Below, piece by piece: positions 49,781 through 58,065 of a DNA stretch of 64,000 nt (its first letter is position 1; the number at the start of each line of letters is the position of its first letter). Source of the stretch: Bdellovibrio sp. (GTDB lineage Bacteria; Bdellovibrionota; Bdellovibrionia; Bdellovibrionales; Bdellovibrionaceae); NCBI GenBank assembly GCA_036677065.1, contig JAKFBS010000003.1, forward strand, positions 256,001 through 320,000. The letters run 5' to 3'. The position numbers and the translations under genes were made by a program. Below the pieces are notes generated by a model. That model made no database searches. It was given only the letters and a program-made list of their open reading frames with translations, and was not told the DNA's origin.

Positions 49781-50953
49781 CTATTTGCCTGGTTCTTTCC
49801 ACATCTCGATGCAGTCAAAATTTTCGAGTGGGCGGTCGTTCACGAACGGGAATACCTGTACGTAATCGGCGTACTGGCCCATGCCTGAAGTGTAAAAATT
49901 AATATTTTTCATTGCCGGCGAACGCGCTTTAAACTTCGTCGGAAACATCACAGCTTCTGTGGCAATACGAACAGCATTCTTCCAGATATCAACTTCGGCT
50001 TGGCTGGCTTTAGAAGTTTTCCAGAATGGTTTATTCACTGTGCGCGCAGGACATAAACTATGATGAAGTGGTCCGTTGGATTTTCCGCTGGCATAAACTT
50101 TCCAGTTATTAAATTTTTCAGGCGTTGTCACGATTCGAGTTAATGGTGGAACACTGGCAACTTTGCGTTTAACAGAGCTGCCGGTCCATTCTTTAAAGCG
50201 AGATTTATTATCCAAGCGATTTACGGCAACTAAAGCTGCGGCAATCGGGTATTGCAGGCCTTTTCTAAAGCATTTTCCCATTTCACCGTAAAGAGTGCGT
50301 GCTAATGAATCGATATTTATCAGATCTTCGAAAGTCATCGCCTTCATTTTTTCATTCACTAATTTCGGAATTTTTTGTTTTTTAAGTCGAGTGTAGATGT
50401 AAGTATCAAAAACATTTTCTTTGGCTAATTTTTTTGGCAGAACCGTCGCGTTGACTAACGGGCATTCGCCGACAAGTTCATAAATATGTGTGGCAGCTTT
50501 TAAGGTATTTGTTTTCTTTGTGGCCGCCGCTTTTTTTGCGGTAGCAGCAGGCATGCGATTAGTATTTATTTCTTCAGCCTCAAAGAAAGCGCTTAATTGC
50601 TTTTCTGATAATAAGTATTTCGGTAAATAACCCTGACCTGTTTTAAATTTTTCAGGGCTTTGCGGATCAAGATAAGAATATTTAACCGGAACAAATACTT
50701 CAGTCACTTCAGCATCATCAAACGGATCGTTGGTGAATCCTTTGAATTCAGCGCCGATAATCTGGATCGACGCCGAACGGTTGATCGTAGTCTTTGCTTC
50801 AGAGCATTTTTTTTGCTGACACTCATACACGGCAGTACCGCTATCATCGTCTTCAAGAGTCGACAAATAGAACGTTTTATCGCTGCCTTGAGCAAGGCTT
50901 GCGAACGCTAATAACTGGCTGGTGATTAGGGCTGTGATTAATTGCTTTTTCAC
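49781..50953 (-). CDS. Secreted SleB/CwlJ-like (Hydrolase_2) cell wall hydrolase
   Basis: Signal peptide; SLARTLYGEM...VAVNRL...IVTTPEKFNNW with the catalytic Glu of the SleB family. Confidence 0.7.
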   Translation of the reverse strand: MKKQLITALITSQLLAFASLAQGSDKTFYLSTLEDDDSGTAVYECQQKKCSEAKTTINRSASIQIIGAEFKGFTNDPFDDAEVTEVFVPVKYSYLDPQSPEKFKTGQGYLPKYLLSEKQLSAFFEAEEINTNRMPAATAKKAAATKKTNTLKAATHIYELVGECPLVNATVLPKKLAKENVFDTYIYTRLKKQKIPKLVNEKMKAMTFEDLINIDSLARTLYGEMGKCFRKGLQYPIAAALVAVNRLDNKSRFKEWTGSSVKRKVASVPPLTRIVTTPEKFNNWKVYASGKSNGPLHHSLCPARTVNKPFWKTSKASQAEVDIWKNAVRIATEAVMFPTKFKARSPAMKNINFYTSGMGQYADYVQVFPFVNDRPLENFDCIEMWKEPGK

Positions 50954-50961
50954 TGTCTTCT

Positions 50962-50989
50962 TTATCGGAAAAACAGACTCTGATTTTGA
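50962..50989 (-). promoter_or_regulatory. sigma28-type promoter
   Basis: TCAA-N16-TCCGATAA, 8 nt before GTG 50953. Confidence 0.7.
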
Positions 50990-51123
50990 CCTAATTCGTC
51001 GGTTTACCCTGTGTTTTTATGTGTTTAGTGTCTCAGAGTAGAGCGGAGTGTATGCCCATTTTTGTTAGGGCTTTAAAGCCTAGGCAGCTAAACGCTGCTA
51101 GAAAACCTATATTTGGTTAAGGC

Positions 51124-51139
51124 TGGCATCCGGAGTGCT
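51124..51139 (+). promoter_or_regulatory. sigma54 promoter
   Basis: TGGCAT-CCGGA-GTGCT, GG-N10-GC; the -12 C is 15 nt before ATG 51153. Confidence 0.6.
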
Positions 51140-51152
51140 TTAATAGGTTTAT

Positions 51153-53114
51153 ATGAAAAACCTAAAAAACAAATTAAGTATCGGTTTAGCGTGTCTCACT
51201 TTAGCACAAATGATCAGCCAAGCGGCGATCGCAAGACCTTTCTACCTAACTCAAACGATGTTAGAGCAAGATCAAGTTGATGTGACTAAGGCAGCTGTTA
51301 AAAAGGCCCTTCCTAAAGTGTCGGCTGATAAAATCGAAAAGATTGCTTCATACTTAGTTTCAATTGGTTTAACTCCGGATAAAGTTAATTTTAAATTTCA
51401 ATTAACCCGTATTTTAAATTCATCAACACAATTTTTATTTTGTGAAGATGTTGAAGACTGGGCTTGTTTAGAAGGTCAGCCAATCGTTATGCCTAAATCA
51501 AAAATGCGTGTCGAAACAATGCCTAATCTTGGGGTTCCGGTTGCTGCCGGCGATTCTTTAGAGATGGAGTATTTCTTTACTCAGGGCTGGTATAATAATT
51601 ATATTAATAAACAAGAAGATTTCGTTATTCCAGAGACAACTGTAGCTGAAATCATGGCTGAAAAAATCAAAACTGAAGCTGAAAAGAAAATGTTTTTAGC
51701 GTTATATGGAATCGATGACATTCAAGATACGATGTCTTCTGTTTTTAATGCGATTGCTGATAGAGTTAAAGCTGGTGTAGCTACCTACGCTGTACTAGAT
51801 GTTTCTGATGAAGGTCAGGCGAATTCATTTTCGCGTGACTATAATATGACAAAATTACCAGACGGTCGCTATGCTTTAGGTAATAAAAAAGTTGAATTAG
51901 ATTACACTTACATTAACCCAACAGATAAAGATAACGCGGCTTTTTTACCACCAAGCTGGGCTAAGCAATATCTAACTGACGTAGCAGTTCTTGCAAAATC
52001 AATGAAACAAACTGATTTACGTAAATACTTACAAACAGAATTATTTATTAAACCACCGGCAACAACTAAAGTTTACGATCTTCAGGTCGCAGATTTAACC
52101 TGGATTGGATTGTATAGAAATTTATCAAATTACGAAGAAAATTTATCGCGCACAGCTTTTCAATATGGCAATAGTCTTCAGGTGTTGCGTCTATTAAATT
52201 CGCAAGCAAAAACGAATGATCAGGCTCGTGCACGTATCGAGTACCCATTCACAGGAATTATGCACAATAAGTTTATCGTTTTTGAAAAGAACGACGGTTC
52301 AAGATCAGTTTGGTCTGGTACAACAAACGTAGCCCGCACGTGTATGGGTGATGAATCAAATTCAAACTTAGCTATTCTTATCAAAAATAAAGAAATCGCT
52401 AATGCGTTCTTGGCTGAATTTACAGAGATGCACCAAGGCCCGAATGACAGCGCTTCAAAACCTAAAACGTTATTAACTGGCGCATTTCATGATAAAAAAC
52501 GCCCGAATACATTACGTTATTTCAAATTTAACGATGGCACTGAGACGCGCGTTCACTTTTCTCCGACAGATGACGGTGAGCACCGTGTGTTATTGCCGAT
52601 GGTTTATTCGGCAAGAAAAGGTGATTTGTTACGTATTTCAATGTTCGGTGGTGGCGGTTATGAAATGGTTCGCGCTATGCAGGCCGCAGCTGCTCGCGGC
52701 GTAGAAATTCGCATCGTGTTTGATAAATTAACGGGTGCTGGTGCAATGTCTTGGTGGAAAGCTAAAGATGGCAATTTGTTAGAGCAAAATCCATACGCTA
52801 AAAAACCAATGGGTTCAATTGAAGTCAGAAAAAATAACTGGAGTGGGTTAAACCATCATAAATCAGCTACTTTATCGCGCCGTCAAAAAGATGGTTCGTT
52901 AAGAGCTGAAATAATCATTATCGGTTCACAAAATTGGTCACAAACGGGTAACGATATCAATGATGAAAACATGGTAACAATCAGAAATAAGAAAAAAGAA
53001 TTAGATGTTATGAAAGACTTCAACAAAGAATTCGACGAAAAAATGTGGACTTCATCGACAGATGTTTCAAAAGTTAAAACTGCTGATGCAGGTCCAGCTG
53101 GTGCTGAAGACTAA
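51153..53114 (+). CDS. Secreted phospholipase D/nuclease-family protein (two HxK domains)
   Basis: Signal peptide; MHNKFIVFE...WSGTTN and NHHKSATL...IGSQNWS. Confidence 0.88.
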   Translation: MKNLKNKLSIGLACLTLAQMISQAAIARPFYLTQTMLEQDQVDVTKAAVKKALPKVSADKIEKIASYLVSIGLTPDKVNFKFQLTRILNSSTQFLFCEDVEDWACLEGQPIVMPKSKMRVETMPNLGVPVAAGDSLEMEYFFTQGWYNNYINKQEDFVIPETTVAEIMAEKIKTEAEKKMFLALYGIDDIQDTMSSVFNAIADRVKAGVATYAVLDVSDEGQANSFSRDYNMTKLPDGRYALGNKKVELDYTYINPTDKDNAAFLPPSWAKQYLTDVAVLAKSMKQTDLRKYLQTELFIKPPATTKVYDLQVADLTWIGLYRNLSNYEENLSRTAFQYGNSLQVLRLLNSQAKTNDQARARIEYPFTGIMHNKFIVFEKNDGSRSVWSGTTNVARTCMGDESNSNLAILIKNKEIANAFLAEFTEMHQGPNDSASKPKTLLTGAFHDKKRPNTLRYFKFNDGTETRVHFSPTDDGEHRVLLPMVYSARKGDLLRISMFGGGGYEMVRAMQAAAARGVEIRIVFDKLTGAGAMSWWKAKDGNLLEQNPYAKKPMGSIEVRKNNWSGLNHHKSATLSRRQKDGSLRAEIIIIGSQNWSQTGNDINDENMVTIRNKKKELDVMKDFNKEFDEKMWTSSTDVSKVKTADAGPAGAED

Positions 53115-53155
53115 GCTAGACCATAGTCTATTGTACAGACCAACGTCCTAACATG

Positions 53156-53182
53156 GGAGCTCAGACACACGAGCTCCTTTTT
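53156..53182 (+). terminator. Intrinsic terminator
   Basis: GGAGCTC-N8-GAGCTCC-TTTTT. Confidence 0.75.
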
Positions 53183-53252
53183 ATTTTGATTTTAAAAAAA
53201 CATATTCTCCTTTAATCTGAAAGTGTCTGTTTTAACAGCGAAGGAGACTGCT

Positions 53253-54734
53253 ATGTTTTCATGGAAGAAAGCGGCTTTAGGAAGCTGTTTGGCATTTGTA
53301 TTTTCGTGCCAAACTTTTTCACCGTTCAATCGCCAAGTGGCGCAAGTAGAAGAAGAGCAAAATCAAGAGGTTAAGTACTTCGACCGTTTGCAAGATTACA
53401 AACCCTATAAATACGAAGTGTTATTCACAGACCCAGAGTGTGGCGTTTACACATACACACAAGAAGTATTAAGTAATAGCGGTAAAAAATTAAAACAAAA
53501 GCCAGAGAACGTTTATTGCAAAAATAAATATGACTTGCGCCGTTCAGGTGATCGTCCGCAGTCTCCGCAATACCGTTTAGTTGAATGGATTAATCAACCC
53601 AACGTTAAAGAGATTTTTTTCACGTATCTTTCTTTCAGAAATAAAACTGTAACAAGAGCTTTATGTGAAGTGGCTAAAAAGGGCGTGAAAATCCGTTTTG
53701 TGATGAGCAGCACTGAAGACACAACAATCGCTCAGGAATTAGTAGCGTGTGCTCCAGAAAACGTAGAAATGAAACTACGTGGTATGGAAGGTGACTTAGG
53801 ATACGCACATAATAAATTTTTTGTTATCAACCCAAATTCAAAAAATGAATTCAAAATTGTGTTCAGTTCTGGAAACATGACTTCTGGCCCAGTGATTCAT
53901 CACGAAAACTGGAACTTCATTACGACAAATGCTAACTCACAATTCGCCCAGGCCCATCTCTGCGCCATGAACGCTGAATGGGATGAGACTTCAGGTCGTT
54001 CACGTGCTGAGTACATCAAAGCCATTAAAAATTGCCGCGCTGATATCAAAGCTCCTGAAGAAAAAGACATCAAAGTATTTTTTGTTCCTGGTGAAGGCGA
54101 ACCTGAATTCGGTTCTAAGAAAAAAACAGCAGTAGATTTTTTGCTTAATGGTGATGTGCAGGCGGGAACTCCTGGTATCAGCAACGCAAAAAGAATCTGG
54201 TTAGCTTGTCACAGATTTTTCTATTCTAAGATGATCAGCGGTCTTTCAAAAAGAATGAACGCCTCAAACCCGAAATACCGCCCAGACATGAGAATCGTTT
54301 GTGATGATGATACTTATTATAAAGCGGTTGATGAGACTTACCCAATCGGCGATACCATGCCACAAGAATACTTCAATATGCAAAAACTTGAAGCTAAGGG
54401 TGCGAAACTTAAATTTATGGAAACTAACGGTGAAGAACACCAATTGCACCACAGCAAATATTTAATTTTTGCAGATAAAAATTCTTCAGCGAACGCAGCT
54501 GATGATTTCAACGCCGTTTTCACAGGATCGGCTAACTTAACTGGTGCTGGTTTTAACAAAAACTGGGAAAACTCTTATTACATCACTATCCCACAAGTGG
54601 TTCGCGATTTCGCATCTCACTATGTATACACCTGGGAAAAACTGGCAACGGCTGTTCCAGATCTGCCGAAGCAAGGTGTAGTTTCTGAATTTTTAATTGA
54701 TCAACCTATTATTAATAAAACGGAGAACAAGTAA
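53253..54734 (+). CDS. Phospholipase D/nuclease-family lipoprotein (two HxK domains)
   Basis: ATG 53253 after AAGGAG; lipobox VFSC; AHNKFFVIN...SSGNMT and HHSKYLIFAD...TGSANLT. Confidence 0.88.
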   Translation: MFSWKKAALGSCLAFVFSCQTFSPFNRQVAQVEEEQNQEVKYFDRLQDYKPYKYEVLFTDPECGVYTYTQEVLSNSGKKLKQKPENVYCKNKYDLRRSGDRPQSPQYRLVEWINQPNVKEIFFTYLSFRNKTVTRALCEVAKKGVKIRFVMSSTEDTTIAQELVACAPENVEMKLRGMEGDLGYAHNKFFVINPNSKNEFKIVFSSGNMTSGPVIHHENWNFITTNANSQFAQAHLCAMNAEWDETSGRSRAEYIKAIKNCRADIKAPEEKDIKVFFVPGEGEPEFGSKKKTAVDFLLNGDVQAGTPGISNAKRIWLACHRFFYSKMISGLSKRMNASNPKYRPDMRIVCDDDTYYKAVDETYPIGDTMPQEYFNMQKLEAKGAKLKFMETNGEEHQLHHSKYLIFADKNSSANAADDFNAVFTGSANLTGAGFNKNWENSYYITIPQVVRDFASHYVYTWEKLATAVPDLPKQGVVSEFLIDQPIINKTENK

Positions 54735-55210
54735 TGAAAAAGATTTCAGTTATAGCGGCATTATTAATGCTTGCATCGTGTGGTCATAGCCCGGTTGCGG
54801 ATATGAATCCTACATTCGATCGCTCGCCTTCAAGTACAACTGAAGTGATGAGCTGTGGTTTATTGGGTTCAACTGAAACTGCAAGAAATGCGGTTGATGT
54901 GAACGCATCTGAAAAAATTGATGATCGTCTTTTTTCATTACAAGTTGATTGCAACAAAGACCAAGTTGTTGATTTAAAGAGTGAAAAATTAGTCGTTGGC
55001 GTACCCATGAGCCAAGTTCGTCCTGGCCAAAGAGGATGGATCACTCGTTGGCGTAAGACGGCAGTTAAAGTTCAGAAAAATCAAGCTGCTAAACCTTATG
55101 TATGTATGAAGTACCAAGCAGCTTACGATCCATGCTTAGCAAACAAAAATGTTTACGGCATGGCTCCGCAGTTTTCTGGAAAAATCAATTTCGGCAAGAA
55201 AGTTAAATAG
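54734..55210 (+). CDS. Small Cys-containing lipoprotein
   Basis: Lipobox LASC, four further Cys, TAATG coupling to the upstream PLD. Confidence 0.85.
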   Translation: MKKISVIAALLMLASCGHSPVADMNPTFDRSPSSTTEVMSCGLLGSTETARNAVDVNASEKIDDRLFSLQVDCNKDQVVDLKSEKLVVGVPMSQVRPGQRGWITRWRKTAVKVQKNQAAKPYVCMKYQAAYDPCLANKNVYGMAPQFSGKINFGKKVK

Positions 55211-55221
55211 GGAACTACCAG

Positions 55222-57213
55222 ATGAAAAAATTATTATTTAAAAAAATAGTACTATCAAGTTTATTAGTTAGTTCAGTGACGGTATCAGCAGCGGACTTCA
55301 AAGATGTTATGCCGCCGGTTCCAGCAGGTTCAAACCCAGAACAAATCTGGGCTGACTATTGCGGTGGAAACAGAAATTCTGCAGATATTCCAACTCCAAA
55401 CTACAAAAATAGAGACGTAATGAGCGCGGTAAAAAAATTAGCTATGGTTTCTCCATACAGCTTTTATTTCTACTCAGGTCCTCTTTACACATACAACTTA
55501 AAAAATGGTAAAGAATTAGTGGATGTTCCGGCTAATTTTCCTGCAGATATTAAAGAAGTTAAAAACGGCCGCAAAAATGCGAACGCTTTCTTAACTTTAC
55601 TTTGCGGTGAATTTCGTGACCGTCCAACGTTAATTAAAGAAAAAATACGTTGGGTAAACAGAATGTACACTTTACCAACAACGCCACAAACAAACATCAA
55701 TATCAGACACGAATTGTGGTCGCAGGTTTCTGCGCACTCATACCGTGGTTACATCGAAAATTCGGCAGCTATTTTCAGAGCTAAAGAAAGAGAAGCCCGT
55801 AAGTACGATGTTAAATTAGGTAAATACAATGAAGATACTCCGATTGAGCCTTTCACAGTTTGTGAAACTAAGTTTATCTTCAAAAAATATGTTGAAACAA
55901 AATCTAAGTTTGGTGTTAGTAGTTCTCCCGACTATAATGCTCATGAGGAAGAGTATGATGAAGAAGATTATGAAGGAGCCGTTGGTTCTAAGTCGAAGGT
56001 AAATAATAAGCGTGCAGTAGCCCAGGCTAAAAATAGCGCGCTTGCTGCGTATAAAAAAGAATACAACAAATTTAAAGCTCGTTGTAACCGTGAAGATTTA
56101 GATTATATCTATGACTTTCGCGGAGATTCTAATTTTAAACCAAATTCTCCTGAATCAAATGGTATGATTTGGTACTCTTCGACAATCACAAACAACTGTA
56201 CAAGAAATAAAGACGGACAATACGTTCTTAAAACAGCAGCAGTTGGTAAAGTGGCTGATCCAGATATGTGCCGCAAGTATGCAACTAACCCGTTCTCTTA
56301 CCGTTGGTCAGCAGCACGTGCAGGTTTAGCTACTTGGATGCTACGCGATCAAAAGCATGATCAAACTTTCTCTTCAGAAGGTGAATCTGTTTACATCGTT
56401 CCATCTTTAACTCCGCAAGCTGGTCCTTTTGGATTCAAAATGCCGGTAAGAGAAGAATTCTACGGCGAAGACTTATACCAAAACGATCAAGGCCAATTCA
56501 TCAAATGGGATGATAAAACTGGTGATGAAATCGTTATGACTCCAGAGCAAGTGGCTGAGCACAATGCAAACCAAGAAAAACTAAAAGCAGAGCACCAAGT
56601 AAAAATAGATGCTTCAAAATCTGTTTACACTGAATTTGTTAAATCTTGGGAAGCGCAAAAAGATGTTTTCTGGAAACGTCCTGACTTAGGCTTTAACTCA
56701 TTAACGGGTTTAGGCTCTAAAAACGTTGATAAAGGTTTTGCTTACGAGCGTATCCGCGATGCGGTTAACCGTCATACTGATTGGTATGCTTCTGGTTATG
56801 ACGATGGATCTGATAAATTACGTGACCAAGCTTACTCTCCATTCGTGGCATCATCTTATGAAATGTCAGCATCTGATGGTTTTACAGCTCCGGGTGTGAC
56901 GGTTCAGTCTCCGGCCGATGGTTGTAAACACTGGATGTTTGTATTTAAGTTGAAAAAAGATCAATGGTACAATACGCACTCTGTGCAAAACAAAGTACCG
57001 GTTAACTTCAATTACCACTGGTTTGATGAAACAAGTTTCGGTACGAATCACTTAGCTGATTCTGAACATGCATTTGACCGTTTAGGCACAACATTAGAAG
57101 GTGAAACAGATGTTATCCTTTACCTTCACAAATTAAACACTTCTGGCCAAGTTAACGAGCAATGTGGTTACGAAGAAATGGGCTTACAAGTTGAAGCCGT
57201 AGGTAAAAACTAA
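55222..57213 (+). CDS. Secreted 663-aa protein, possible ADP-ribosyltransferase-like domain
   Basis: The CDS and signal peptide are secure. The function is speculative, based on FRGDS / SPFVASS / DSEHAF motifs. Confidence 0.8.
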   Translation: MKKLLFKKIVLSSLLVSSVTVSAADFKDVMPPVPAGSNPEQIWADYCGGNRNSADIPTPNYKNRDVMSAVKKLAMVSPYSFYFYSGPLYTYNLKNGKELVDVPANFPADIKEVKNGRKNANAFLTLLCGEFRDRPTLIKEKIRWVNRMYTLPTTPQTNINIRHELWSQVSAHSYRGYIENSAAIFRAKEREARKYDVKLGKYNEDTPIEPFTVCETKFIFKKYVETKSKFGVSSSPDYNAHEEEYDEEDYEGAVGSKSKVNNKRAVAQAKNSALAAYKKEYNKFKARCNREDLDYIYDFRGDSNFKPNSPESNGMIWYSSTITNNCTRNKDGQYVLKTAAVGKVADPDMCRKYATNPFSYRWSAARAGLATWMLRDQKHDQTFSSEGESVYIVPSLTPQAGPFGFKMPVREEFYGEDLYQNDQGQFIKWDDKTGDEIVMTPEQVAEHNANQEKLKAEHQVKIDASKSVYTEFVKSWEAQKDVFWKRPDLGFNSLTGLGSKNVDKGFAYERIRDAVNRHTDWYASGYDDGSDKLRDQAYSPFVASSYEMSASDGFTAPGVTVQSPADGCKHWMFVFKLKKDQWYNTHSVQNKVPVNFNYHWFDETSFGTNHLADSEHAFDRLGTTLEGETDVILYLHKLNTSGQVNEQCGYEEMGLQVEAVGKN

Positions 57214-57215
57214 TT

Positions 57216-57983
57216 GTGAATTGGCTAAGGCTTAGACTTTATCTTCGCTTGTTCTTTATTTTTGTGCTGGTACCGGCGGCTATTTTTGCGTCGGTCTACA
57301 CCCTGGATCAGCGCGGTTTTTTTTCGATCGACGAGATCGAATTGAAAGTGCTGACCCAGTCAGAACAACTGAATTTTTCTAAGCCTTATATGGATAAACT
57401 CAATCATGAGTTATCTGTTTACAAAGGACAGTCGTTATGGCGACTGTCGCTGTCTGGAATCTCTGATAAATTAAAAGCTAAAAGCTGGATTAAAGATTTT
57501 CGTATTTCAAGATCATGGCCGCAAAGTTTAGTGGTCGAAATCGAATCTAAAACGTTAAGTTTGCTTTATGTGGATCAGAAAAGATTGGCAGAAGGTTTTG
57601 TTCGTCCGGTGACAAGCGATGGGGCATTGCTACCCGAGGTGGATACGACTCAAGCTCCGCCACTTGCGATGTTAAAAGGTGAAGTTTTCGTAAAAGATCA
57701 TGCTAAAAGAAAAATCGCGATCGAACTTCTAAAATCTCTTCCTGAAGATGGAAAACTCTCTCACAAAATCATTTCAGAAATCGGCTATGATACTAAAGAA
57801 GGTTACTGGGTTGAAGTTGCAAAAACGAACATAAAAATAAAATTAGGCGATGATCAATTCGCTGTAAAATCCGCGCGCGTTTCTCAGGTGCTAGATTATC
57901 TCGAAAAACGTGACCTTAAAGCACGCGTCATAGACGCAAATCTTTCTAAAAAAGTTCTTGTCAGGTTGCAGCAGACTCCTTAA
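57216..57983 (+). CDS. ftsQ: Cell division protein FtsQ/DivIB
   Basis: TM, POTRA (WIKDFRISRSWPQSLVVEI), IKLG...IDAN; precedes ftsA. Confidence 0.9.
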   Translation: MNWLRLRLYLRLFFIFVLVPAAIFASVYTLDQRGFFSIDEIELKVLTQSEQLNFSKPYMDKLNHELSVYKGQSLWRLSLSGISDKLKAKSWIKDFRISRSWPQSLVVEIESKTLSLLYVDQKRLAEGFVRPVTSDGALLPEVDTTQAPPLAMLKGEVFVKDHAKRKIAIELLKSLPEDGKLSHKIISEIGYDTKEGYWVEVAKTNIKIKLGDDQFAVKSARVSQVLDYLEKRDLKARVIDANLSKKVLVRLQQTP

Positions 57984-57994
57984 GCTTAAATAAA

Positions 57995-58021
57995 GGACTA
58001 TCGTCTGGAAGACAATAGTCC
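57995..58021. repeat. Inverted repeat between ftsQ and ftsA
   Basis: GGACTATCGTCT-GGA-AGACAATAGTCC (11/12 paired). Confidence 0.8.
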
Positions 58022-58065
58022 ATGATTTGCTTATTGAATGTACAACTAATAAACGAGGCTTACGG

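Noticed and set aside
51153..54734. PLD-based anti-phage defence or cardiolipin synthase
   Set aside because: Both proteins are exported, with no helicase or methylase partner and no Cls membrane anchor.
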